Assembly (NCBI GenBank): GCA_964016885.1
Contig: OZ024741.1
Span: forward strand, 315,394,001 to 315,458,000
DNA length: 64,000 bases
Source: Eledone cirrhosa
Taxonomy: Eukaryota
Direction: 5' to 3'
Numbering within the stretch: position 1 is the stretch's first letter; each line of letters starts with the position of its first letter. Below are positions 40,701 to 52,038 of the stretch, in pieces. A program made the position numbers and the translations under genes. The notes beneath the pieces are model-generated. The model saw only the letters and a list, made by a program, of their open reading frames with translations, did not search any database and was not told where the DNA came from.

Positions 40701-41806
40701 GTAGGAATGTAGTTTTGTGAGGAATTCCAGATACAAGTAGGAATAGATCAGTGTTCGGTCCTCAACCCGTTCTTGTTCATTATAGTCCTCCAAGCCATAA
40801 CAGAGGAGTTTTAAACTGGCTGCCCATTGGAACTTCTCTATGCTGACGATCTGGTTCTTCTAGCAGAATCAGTAGAGGGGCAAGAGAGTAAATTCTGGCT
40901 ATGGAAACAGCAGTTGGAATCAAGAGGACTGAGAATGAACATAGCTAAGACAAAAGTGTTGATAAGTATAACAGAGGACAAAACTGATTCCATCAGGGAA
41001 ATCGCCATATTCGATGTGTAGAAAAGGAACTGGCATAGATTCTATAAAATGTACACAATGTAGATCTTGGATACACAAGAGATGTAGTGGGATAGCAGGC
41101 AAACTAACAGGTAGGGAAAACTACGTATGCAGTAGATGTACAAGGAAATTTGACAGTAGTAATCGCAGTGATAGACACATTTTTCAAATGCAGGTGGGTT
41201 CTATAGAAGTGGTTGATAGCTTCCGGTACCTAGGTAATCAGATTAGCATGGGAGAAGGTGTTCCGAGGCCATATTATCTAGAATAAGGACGGGTTGGAAG
41301 AAGTTTAGGAAGCTGCTTACTCTGTTAACAAAGAAGGGTTTCTCCATGCGTACGAAAGGCCGGTTATATGATGCCTGTGTGAGATGCGCGATGCTGCATG
41401 GGAGTGAGACAAGGGCAGCAACTGCAGAGGATATGCGACGGTTGGAGAGAAATGAAGCGAGCATGCTCCGTCGTGAATGACCAAGCATAGATGAGTTGAG
41501 AGAGAAAGAGTGTGTAAGAGGGATAAGTTGTAGTGTGCGGGAGAGAAGACTGCGATGGTATGTACATGTGGTGCGCATGGAGGATGACCACTGGGTAAAT
41601 AAGTGACAACAAATCCCAGTAGAAAGAAGACGCAGTAGAAGAAGACAACGAAAAACATGGGCGGAGGTGGTAAGAGCAGACCTCAGATCGCTGAAGCTCA
41701 CAGAGGAGATGACGAAGGACCGTGACAAGTGAAGAGATGCTGTGCTGAATAGGACTCGTCCCACCCTTGCAAGCAGGGAAAATGGGACGTAAAATGATGA
41801 TGATGA
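37777..41806 (+). mobile_element. RTE-clade LINE (AP endonuclease + RT), disrupted, with (ATG)n tail
   Basis: ATLNVGTL, ISAYAPQVG, DFNGYVG, QIDFLL, QHRLVV, AFVDLEKAFDRV and LLYADDL; a Cys-rich CTQC..WIHKRC segment; atgatgatgatga tail. The 5' boundary is inferred from the interrupted Gypsy frame. Confidence 0.85.
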
Positions 41807-42090
41807 TAAAGCTAGATTTCAAGTGAAAGAAAATATGACACCTGTATTTAAACCCAAATGAAATGTACTGTTAGATCAAGTCAACAAAGAATAGATAGAC
41901 TGGATAAATGGGAGTGATTGCCAAAATTTACCACGCAGGGTGGGCAACTCCAACAGTGTATGTAAAAAAATATATAATAAATTTTGTGTGCGCAGTCTTT
42001 TCGACAGGGCTAAACAAATGTCTATGACCACACACATACCTATTGCCAATCCCAGAGGAAATTTTGCGATAATTAGACGGTGGAAAATCT
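41807..42090 (+). mobile_element. Ty3/Gypsy relic continuation (start of RT)
   Basis: KARFQVKENMTPVFKPK...LDQVNKE continues the ...RFTKTK frame broken at 37776. Confidence 0.7.
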
Positions 42091-42091
42091 C

Positions 42092-42786
42092 AGCTCTCAG
42101 AACGAAGAGGGTGAAAAGCCATATTGGCAAGGAGGAGGCTAGCTCACTGTGTAGGATCTGTGGAGAGAGAGAAGGGAGACTGTGACTCACAGTGTGTAAA
42201 CACCTAGCCCAGACTCACTATAAAGGCAGGAGACATGATGTGATAGGCAGGGTGATCCACTGGCATCTATGCAAAGTAAACAATTTACCACATTCTGAGA
42301 AGTAGTATGAACATAAGCCAGAGTCGGTGATAGAAAACGATCAGGTGAAGGTGCTGTGGGATTTTAGGATACAAACGGACAAAAAACTGGAACACAATAG
42401 GCCTGACCTGGTGGTTTTGGACAAGGAAAAAAGATCATGCCTGATTGTAGATGTAGCCTGCCCATTTGACACGAGAGTGCAAGAAAAGGAGGAGAAAATT
42501 AACCGATACCAGAAATTAAAGTGGGAGGTAAAAAGGATTTGGAACTGCCATGAAGTCAAAGTCGTCCCGATTGTCATAGGCGCACTAGGTACTATCTCAA
42601 AGAGTTTCCAAGGATGATTAAAGAAAATTAGTCCAGCCCAGCTTTTTGGAACACTTCAAAAGGCATGCTTACTGGGAACAGCAAGAACAGTCGGATACGT
42701 CCTAAATATCTGAGGCTTCAGGTAGCGGCTTCATATTCATTTCAACAAACTTTCCAGTTAAATAACATCAGTGACTGAGACTCAAA

Positions 42787-42823
<37 letters not shown>
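42092..42823 (+). mobile_element. Dong-like family B 3' fragment with (TAA)n tail
   Basis: CRICGERE, VLWDFRIQTD...NRPDLVV...VDVACP; 3' UTR as at 27262-27340; TAA tail. Confidence 0.88.
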
Positions 42824-42824
<1 letters not shown>

Positions 42825-42912
42825 TTTTCTTTATTAACCACAAGGGTTCACATAAAGTAGACATTAAGGACAGTACAGGACAATACAGGACGGTACAAAT
42901 GGGCATTTCTGC

Positions 42913-42943
<31 letters not shown>

Positions 42944-43086
42944 CAGAGGTTGAAATAAAGTAACAAAGAAAAATTCCCCAATAGGGGGGAGACTTCCAAG
43001 GGACATTTGTGGAGAAAGCCCATTAAAAGACCACAGTGGCCCTGACCACCAGGGCAAGTGCCCTCTCCCAGTTTTCCACCTTTAAT

Positions 43087-46000
43087 TTACAGACACATAC
43101 TCAGAGAAGGCCCATTCATTTGGGCCATACTTGCTTCTCTCACCCATCTTTCAACAAAATGCTGGGAAGAGAGCACTTCCCTCTCTACCCTGATTTTCCT
43201 TTTCAAATGAAATTTGAAAAAGTTAATCAGGGCATCACCGAAGAGGTAAGTGCTCGTCTTCAGCCCTTTCAAACGTGTCCACCATACTATCTCTTTCGCC
43301 ATGGCCACCAGACAGATAAAAACTGCCTGCCCTTCCAGGCTAAAGGAAGGGGGCGGGGCAATCCTCACGATGGTCTCAGCTGATAGCTGGATCCGTCCTA
43401 CACGTGACAGCAGGTGTTCGACATAAACCCACAAGTCAGCAATGCTCGGACACTGGACGAGTGCGTGCAGGACGGTTTCGTCGCCCTGCGCGCATCTCGG
43501 ACATGCCCGGCTGACGGCACCTCCATGCCTGTAGAGTTTATCCCGAACTGGCAAAGCTCCTCGGTAGCACTGCCAGGCCAGGGATTTCTGGAAGTTGTCC
43601 ATAGGCCCCGGCCCGAAAGTCCTTCCGAAGAGATTGGCTAGTTGATTTTCGTCGACGCCTAGAGTTTCTCCAAGTACGTCGTTGCTCTTCCCCTCCACTA
43701 ATCCCCTATAGAACGCCAAGGTGGAGTTTCCACCGATCACATTGCCCGATTGGTCGAGGGCTGTGAGCGCCTGAAGACATTCCAGTCTCCAAGCGCTCCC
43801 TCTCGGTCTTCGCTTGACCCAGGACTGCAGCTCCGTCAAGGAGACGAGCTGGGGAAAAACGTGTCTTGCAAACGGCGACCACACCTGATCACCGTCGAGG
43901 AAGAGGTGGAGATGTCGTAGCCTGAGCGCGTGTCTGCGCATCATCAGCCACGGCATGCCCAGCCCTCCACGTAGCGGGTGTTGACAGCAGATGGACCGCC
44001 TGACCATCGGAGCGCGTCCCTTCCACAAGAAGCGAAAGAGCAAACGCTCCAGCGCAGTCAGGCGGGGCTTAGGACAAGGTACGACGGTCAGGCGGTAGTA
44101 GATGACGGACGCGATGTACGCATTTGCCACCTCCGCTCGACCTTTCAGGGATAGCTTCCTCTCGGCCCATTTCTGGGTGAGAGAAGCCACCCTGCTCGTC
44201 ACCTCGTCCCAGTTTTTGTCCGTCTGGAGGTCTGGACCGAACCAGACCCCTAGCAATTTAACCGGTCCGTCCGTCCAGCGCCCGACGACGCTGTTGGACG
44301 GCATGGACCTGCCTCTCCAGGTGCCGAGCTGCAGACCCACTGACTTTTCCTGGTTGATCATTGCTCCTGTCACCGCTTCGTATTCTCTTAGTGTAGTGCC
44401 GATCGCCTCGATGTGTTTGGCGTTCGACACCACTACGGTGACATCGTCCGCATATGCTGACACGGATATTCCGCATCCTAGTTCGCGCGGGACCCCCCTC
44501 AACGTCTCCAGTTTGTGCAGTAATGGCTCGAGAGTCAATACGTACAATAGGGACGAGAGGGGACATCCTTGGCGGACCGAGCGCATGTTGTTGAACTGTT
44601 CCGAAAGGTGACCGTTCACTCTCACTACAGAGCAGATGTCGCTGTGCATGGCAGCGATCCAGCCTCTGAAGACGGGCCCAAAGCCAGCCGCCCTCAGGAC
44701 TGCCGCTAGGTAACGATGGTCGACCCTATCGAAGGCTTTCGACTGATCTAAATTGATCAAAGACCCACCCGTACCAGGTTCCCTAGCTACCCTCTCTACG
44801 ATGTATCGCATTAGGTGGAGGTTGTCGTGGATGGATCTGTCGGGAATGGCGCATGTCTGTGCCTCTCCCACCAGACCACCAACGACAAGCGCCAACCTCT
44901 TTGCTAGCACCTTCGCCAAAATCTTGAACTCTGTGTTTAGCAGAGTTATGGGCCTAAAATTATCTATGTTATCCCCCTTGTTCGGATCCTTTCTCAGCAG
45001 CGCCACCGCTCCTCGGCTCACAGAGCTGGGAATTCTCCCGTTCTGTTGCCAGTTGCAGTAGACGTCCGCCAAGAGGCCTCCGAACAAGTTTGGCATTTGT
45101 ACGTAAAGTTCATAGGGCAGACCATCCAAACCAGGCGATTTACCCCTTGTGCAACTAGTCATTGCATCCCGTACTTCAGCGGTTGTTATCGGCTTTTCGC
45201 AACACTCCGCCTCAGTGGCCGAAAGCCGCGGCAGTCCGTCGAGGTAGACACTAAAGTCCATCACTCGGTCCGGCCCGCCACTGCCCCCGAACAGTTGAGC
45301 GAAGTGTCGCTGAAAAGCTTCACACATTTGCCCGGGATCGAGTAGCATGCGCCCGTCGTGGTCCACCAAAGGCCGGATCGTGGCTTTGTTGCCACGACGC
45401 GCCTCCGCCACTCGGGCCCATTGAACGGCTTTCGTCCCCTCGTGTCTGAGAGCACGCACCCTAGCTCTGACAACGCAGCCTTCGTGCTTTGCATTGAAGA
45501 ATTGGTCAAGGGCCAATTTCGCCGCAAGTACGTCGGTCGCGATGCCTTTGCTAAGCGCCTCATCTAATTTTCTAACTAATTCTCCCTCTGCTCTATTTTT
45601 CTCTATTGCTAAAGTCTTACTAAACCTAATGGACTCTATTCTAATTGCTCTTTTCAGAGCAAACCACCACTTGTTGTTGACGATGGCCCCCGTCAACGCC
45701 CGCTTAACTAGTTCGCTAATCCGATCTCTGTAGGCCTTGCGCGCTGGTAAGGACGCGTTTAGCTTCCAGTAGCCGGGTCCTCGTCTATGAAGCCTATCTA
45801 AGTCAAGCACACAGATCACGAATTTGTGGTCCGTGTAGCTGACTATCTTGAATTGTGGACAGCCTATGCTAGACCTATCTATTTCCCTACAAAATGCTCT
45901 ATCTAGATATGATCTGGATGACCCTATGCGATTTGTCCAAGTCCACATTGGTACATTCGGGAAATCCATTCGGTACCTGTCAGACAGTTCAAAACGTCTG

Positions 46001-46505
46001 AGCAGGCTGGTGAGACTCTTGCACCCTCCTTCCCTATCCACTAATCCCACACAATCCCAGCGTGCATCTAAGATCCCGTTCCAGTCGCCCACTAACACTA
46101 AAGAGCGGGACGTTCCAAGAAAGTCCTCCAGACGCCGGAAGAAATCAGGCCGCCCTGCTCCTGTCGGGGCATAGACGGCCACTAACCTGAAAGCTTGCCC
46201 GTCTCCGCTGGTCACGTCCAGCACCACCAACTTACCTTCTGGGTCCAGGAAGATGGCCCGTATGGCAAGATCCAAACCTCTCCGAAAAAGCACAGCAACT
46301 CCTCCCCCCGATCCCGGACGGCTGGGAGATGCGTACACATCGTAGCCGCCGAAGATCGGTGCGAAAGCCTGTGCTTCGGAGATTCTGGTCTCGCTGATGG
46401 CCACTACATCTATGTTTAGTGACCTGAGGTCGTTGAGCAGGTGGCCCTGCTTCCATGACGACCCCAAGCAAGCGCATTTATGCTGCCTATTCTGAGTGAG
46501 GTCAT
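43087..46505 (-). CDS. Tx1/L1-like ORF2: AP endonuclease + reverse transcriptase + C-terminal Cys/His motif
   Basis: ISETR, VYAP, GDWN, SYLDR, YTDH, KSPGLDGL, FRPITLLN, DQSKAFDRV, QGCPLS, AYADD and CPRC..ETVLHALVQC. The likely true start MTSLRIGSINA at 46505 is joined to the long frame by a 1-nt frameshift near 46470. Confidence 0.9.
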
Positions 46506-46539
46506 GTTGAAAAGGAGTGGAAAAGATGGGAAAGACCAC

Positions 46540-48515
46540 TTACCTTACTTCTCGTAGGGGAAGGACGGCTTTTCCATCCTTTTCACTGCTTGTGGCCTCC
46601 TCAGGAAGGATGTCCTTATAAATCCTCCTGGAGAGTGCTTGTCGGAAGTCTCCGATGTCTTTGGGGAATTTTTGTTTTAGTGTCATGTACGTTTTCTGTG
46701 TGATGCGAGTGATTTGTATGTGTGGAGGTGGTGTGAATTTTGGGGTTGTTGTGTAGTCTTTTTCTGTGATGCTGGTGTTGTGTTGGATGTAGTGCAATAA
46801 TTGCTTGTTGTTCAAATTTAATGCTGTGTAGCGTGTATCGTTTTGGTTGTTTTGTTTTGTTTGCGTTTGTTGTGGGTTTGTTTCTGTTTCGCATTTTGGT
46901 GACTTTTGTGGTGTAGGTGATGGTGGTGTTGGAGTTAATGATGGTGATGGTGTTGGTGTTTGGGTTGATGGGGTTGGTGATGCTGGTGTGGATGGTGGCA
47001 TATCTGTCCTAACTTTTTTGTTTCTTAGTTTATTTGTTTCCCTCTGTATTTTGTTTTTGGAGGGGGAAGGAAGAGAATTTTTTTCTTTTTTGGTTTCTTT
47101 TTTTTTCCGGATATCGTTTCCCACTCCTCGTCGTCACAATCTGTCTCCAGTTGTGATAGGCCGGGGAGTGGAAAATCCTCCACAGCCGTTAGTTTTGGTT
47201 GTGGCGTGATGGATGGTGTAGGCGCTGGTGCTAGTTCTGAAGCGTTGGGTGGTGGTGGTGTTGGTTTTGCTGGTGGTGGTGGTGGTGGTGTTGGTTTTGC
47301 TACTGTTGCTGGGGTTGTTGCTGTTATAGTTGCTTCTGTTGTTGCTGCTACAGTTGTTGCTGGCATCTCTGCTACTGGTGGTGTTGATGGTTGTGTCACT
47401 GGGGTGGGTAGGAGAGGTGGCCTCAACCTTTTAGCCTGAGGGCAGAAAGCCCTTAGGTGGGTTCCTTCACCACAAACGACACACCTAGGTCTTCTGCCCT
47501 CGACAATTACCGTGAGGTGGCTGCCGTCAGTGAGGTCTATTACCTCTGGGATCTCCTCAATGCTTTTTTGGTCCGCTTGGATCAGGAGCTCCATCCCAGT
47601 TCCGGACCAGTTTTCCTGCTTTTCTTTTGCTATTGCTATTATTTTCGTGTTGGCTTCAACGCCGGCGAGTAAGTTGGCCGCTATTAGCCAGGGAATTTCG
47701 ATGGCCGGTGGAACGTGGGTCACCCTGATCTTTACGAGTCTCTGGCCACAATAGCTTGGGATGAGTGTGAAGTCGTCACTTTTTAATGGGGCCATGGAGT
47801 GTTCTCTAGCCTCCTCTGGTGTTTCAAAGAACACGTCCACGGTTCCATACTTTTGCCCACGTCTGATGTGGGATTTTCTTGCCCACACATGTCCCAAAGC
47901 TTTTTGGATTTGGGACTCGGATGCCCGTTCCACTCGGCGCGATTTTACATTTATTGTTCTATACGACACGGTGCATAGGCGCCGATGCTCCATTTTATTA
48001 GGTGGGGGGTGAGGCTGACCCTGTACCCATCTTTCTTTACCATTTGTTTGGCATTTTCTAATTACTCCTGAGTTACCGTATATGCTTCGAACTGTTTTGC
48101 TACTATTGCAAAACTGAGGGGCGTTTTTATAATGTCATTGATGATGTTGTTGCTATCGTTATTTGTGTTAATATTAATTTGAGTTTCAGTTGTGGTGGTG
48201 GTGACGTCAGTCGTCTTTGGTGGGGAAGAGTCCATTTTGCTTGATTTCATTTCGACATCACGAGTTAATTTATTTTTTTCTTCTTTTGTTTCTGTTGTCG
48301 CGGTGGTGGTGGTGGTGGTGGAGGCTTTAACACCTGCAGTCATTGGTAATGGCGGGAAATGAATGTCTGCCTGAGACAAATTTAAAATATTGCTAGTGCT
48401 TATATTTTTTTTTTGTGTTGGCAAACGTAGTAACATTTACAATGGTGGTGTCGGTGTGAGGTGTTAATTTGTGAGGAAGGCTTTCAGCTGCTTCGTGCAG
48501 AGGTGAATTAGTCAT
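46540..48515 (-). CDS. Tx1/L1-like ORF1 (gag-like, CCHC knuckle, Pro/Thr-rich), interrupted
   Basis: Pieces 48062-48436, 47025-47993 (CVVCGEGTHLRAFC) and 46540-47124 are joined by homopolymer frameshifts and one stop. ATG at 48515. Confidence 0.75.
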
Positions 48516-48723
48516 TTTTTTCAAAGAAATTTTTTTGATAATAATAAAAGTTTAAATTTTGGGCACAAGGCCCCAATCTTTTTGGGTGTCCTTTTCGGAA
48601 AACAATGTATGTGCGCTTATAAACAGTTAACAATAAAATTTTCCATAAATGACAATTTTTAACAAACGGAAATAACAAACCTTTGCGGAGCTCACGATGA
48701 TACGATTTACTACGTAGGTCGCC

Positions 48724-48761
<38 letters not shown>

Positions 48762-48763
<2 letters not shown>

Positions 48764-49578
48764 GACTGAAATCGGAGACTGAAGGACTGATTATATCAGC
48801 ACAAGATCAGTGTCTGCCAACAAAAAATTACCAAGCCAACATAATAGAAAATGGATGCAGCCCATTATGCCGTGTATGTAAAAAAACAACCAGAGACCAT
48901 TGACCATATAATTTCAATGTGCAGTCCTATAGCTCCATCCGAATACCTAAACAGGCATGACAGAGCTGCACAATACATACATTGGATAATGTGTAAGCAT
49001 TTTGTCCTGCCCCATCAAAAGAATTGTTGGGAGCATCAACCACCTCCCATACTTGAAAAAGATCAAATCTCAATCTTGTGGAACTTTAGCATCCAACAGA
49101 CCGAAAAATAAATGCAAATAGACCTGATATAATATTGATGGACTTTAAAAAGAGGGTATGCCTGCTAATTGATATGTCCGTTCCAATAGACAAGAATGTA
49201 TCTATAAAAACATTTGAAAAATTGAGCAAGTATAAGGACCTGGAGATAGAAATTTGAAAAATGTGGAAATTGAGAACTAAAACAATACCAGTGGCTGTAG
49301 GCGCTCTAGGAATGACACCTAAGGGGTCTAATGATTACTTATCGAAAATCCCAGGAAACCCGCGTATAGGAGAAATACAAAAGATAGTACTAATGGGAAC
49401 TGCCCATATACTAAGGAAGATTCTGTCAATATAAGTACATCACAAGTCTAAACACCTAAAGATGGATGTGTGAGTATGTATGTTCTTTCTTGAAGATGGC
49501 GGACCTTGTTGTCTCTTGAGGTCACTGGTTGTGACTTGGTGATAACTCGTATGAACATAAAGCAAGATAAATTCAGCT

Positions 49579-49609
<31 letters not shown>
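48762..49609 (+). mobile_element. Dong-like family A 3' fragment
   Basis: Matches 23128-23960 and has (TAA)n on both sides. Confidence 0.9.
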
Positions 49610-49610
<1 letters not shown>

Positions 49611-51977
49611 GAGTCAGTGGGAAATGAAGGTGAAGAGGTCGAGAGAACGGAGGAACCACCCGAAACAGACAATGATCTGAATGCTGAGATAAATAATACC
49701 TGCAACGGAGATACGGCCACTTGGGAGATGAATGCTGACGGGCTAGGACAAGATTTGGTAGATATCCTAAACTTAGTGGTAGATGAATTGAACAATGATA
49801 GTGGTAGACCTACGAACCTAAGATTTGTAGACAGGAAAAAGTTAAAGGAAACAACAGCTAAGGTAAACAAAGTCATCCCATAACTTGAGGCGAGGAACCT
49901 TCACCAGTGCAACAATATCCTCAAAGCAACAGCAAATACGGTGAGGAAACTACTTGGTATAAAAGTGAGAGGAAACAACAGACAAGAAAGAGCAGAGCCT
50001 TGGTGGAAGAAGCGACTGAGTGGTCAAATCAGGGAAATGAGAAATGACATTGGAAAGCTTGAGTCCCTACTGAATGGGACACTAAAAAACATAGACACTA
50101 AAAATAGACTGGAAATAAAGTACAAAACTAGGAGGAAAAAGCTAAATATTATCATAGAGGAACTGAAGCAACGCATTGTAGCAAAGAGTGCAACAATCAG
50201 GCGATACAAGAACAGAGTCAGCCAGTATAGACAGAACCGCATGTTCGACAACAACCAGAAGATGCTGTTTGGACAGCTTGAAAGGAAAGAAAGAGGAAAC
50301 GACTTGATCCCTGGGGCGGAACAAACTAAAACATTCTGGAGAGGAATATGGAAGCAGGATGTTAAACATAATGACCAGGCAGTGTGGATTGAGACAGTAC
50401 AGAAGGAGATCAGTGAACAGGCACACCAACAAACTGATTTGAGTATCACAGTTGAAACTCTTAAGGGGCAGGCCAAAAAACTAACCAACTGGAAATCACC
50501 TGGCCCAGATGGTGTGCAGGGGTATTGGATTAAAAACATAACATCCCTCTACCCGAAACTGACAACCACGTTCAATGACTGCTTGATTTCAGGTGAGGTA
50601 CCAGAGTGGTTGACAAAAGGTACTACAGTTCTGATAATGAAAGTTGGATGTGCTTGTTGACACTGTCCGTATTTTCAGCAATGATATATGTATGCAATTT
50701 GGTATTAGTAAGTGTGGAGTCATTGTGATGAGGAGGGGTAAGTTAAGCAGAAGTAACGGAATCCAGATACCAACAGGTGAGATGATAAAAGAAATTGACT
50801 GTGAGGAAGGATACAAGTATTTGGGCGTTCTGGAGGCTGATGACATCAAGAACAAAAAAATGAAGGAATTGATAAGAACTGAATACATTCGGAGAGTAAG
50901 GAGCGTATTAAAGTCACATCTGAACAGTAGGAATGCCATAAGTGCAGTAAATTCCCGAGCTGTGTCTATTATTAGGTACAGTGCGGGAAATCTGAGATGG
51001 AATGTTGCTGAACAAAAAGAAATGGATAGGAAGACTAGGAAGCTATTGCCTATCTACAATATGTTACACAAGAGGAGTGATGTCGATAGACTCTACTTAA
51101 GGAGATCTGAGGGTGGAAGAGGTCTTATCAGCATAGAGGACTGTGTTCAGATGGAGAAAATCAACCTACACAAATACGTGACTGATAGTAAGGAGCCCAT
51201 GCTCAGAACTGTACTGAAGGAGAGGACAATAGACCAGGGGATGTCCAAGGAGGAAATAACAACAAGGAGAAAGAGCAGCCTTCAGGAAAAATCCCTTCAT
51301 AGTACCTTCTTTGAGAAAACTGAATTCAGAATTCCACAGACATGGAACTGGTTGAAAAGAGGAGACCTTAAAAAGGCTACAGAAGGAATGTTAATGGCTG
51401 CGCAGGAGCAGGCCCTCAAAACGAAGTGGTTGAAACACCACATTTACAAGGAGGATGCTAACCCACTGTGCAGGATCTGTGGAGAGAGAGAGGAGACTGT
51501 GGCTCACATTGTATCCGAGTGTAAACACCTAGCCCAGACTCACTATAAGGGCTGGAGACATGATGTGATGGGCAGGGTGATCCACTGGCACCTATGCAAT
51601 GTAAACAATTTACCACATTCTGAGAAGTGGTATGAGCATAAGCCAGAGGCGGTGATAGAAAACGATCAGGTGAAGGTGCTGTGGGATTTTAGGATACAGA
51701 CGGACAAGAAACTGGAACACAATAGACCTGACCTGGTGGTTTTGGACAAAGACAAAAGATCGTGCCTGATTGTGGATGTGGCCTGCCCATTCGACACGAG
51801 AGTGCAAGAGAAGGAGAGGTAGAAAATTAACCGATACCAGGACTTAAAGTGGGAGGTAAAAAGGATTTGGAACTGCCATGAAGTAAAAGTGATCCCGATT
51901 GTCATAGGCGCACTAGGCACTATCTCAAAAAGTTTCCAGGGGTGGTTAAAGAAAATTGGCCCTTTCACGCTTTTTGG

Positions 51978-51978
<1 letters not shown>
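49610..51978 (+). mobile_element. Dong-like family B copy, 5'-truncated, RT core deleted, 3' end missing
   Basis: The junction ataatgaaag|ttggatgtg at ~50643 removes ~580 bp relative to 62610-63195. The copy stops at tttttgga before the TAA run. Confidence 0.87.
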
Positions 51979-52011
<33 letters not shown>

Positions 52012-52038
52012 TAATAATAATAATAATAATAATAATAA

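Larger units (their letters stand above)
42824..48723 (-). mobile_element. Tx1/L1-clade LINE, apparently full length, inserted antisense within (TAA)n
   Basis: ORF1 with a zinc knuckle plus ORF2 APE-RT-CCHC; AATAAA near the 3' end; (TAA)n on both flanks. Confidence 0.9.

Noticed and set aside
43036-48012. Plus-strand ORFs over the Tx1-like element, and minus-strand ORFs over the Dong/RTE copies
   Set aside because: They are antisense shadows of retroelement coding frames with no recognisable motifs.
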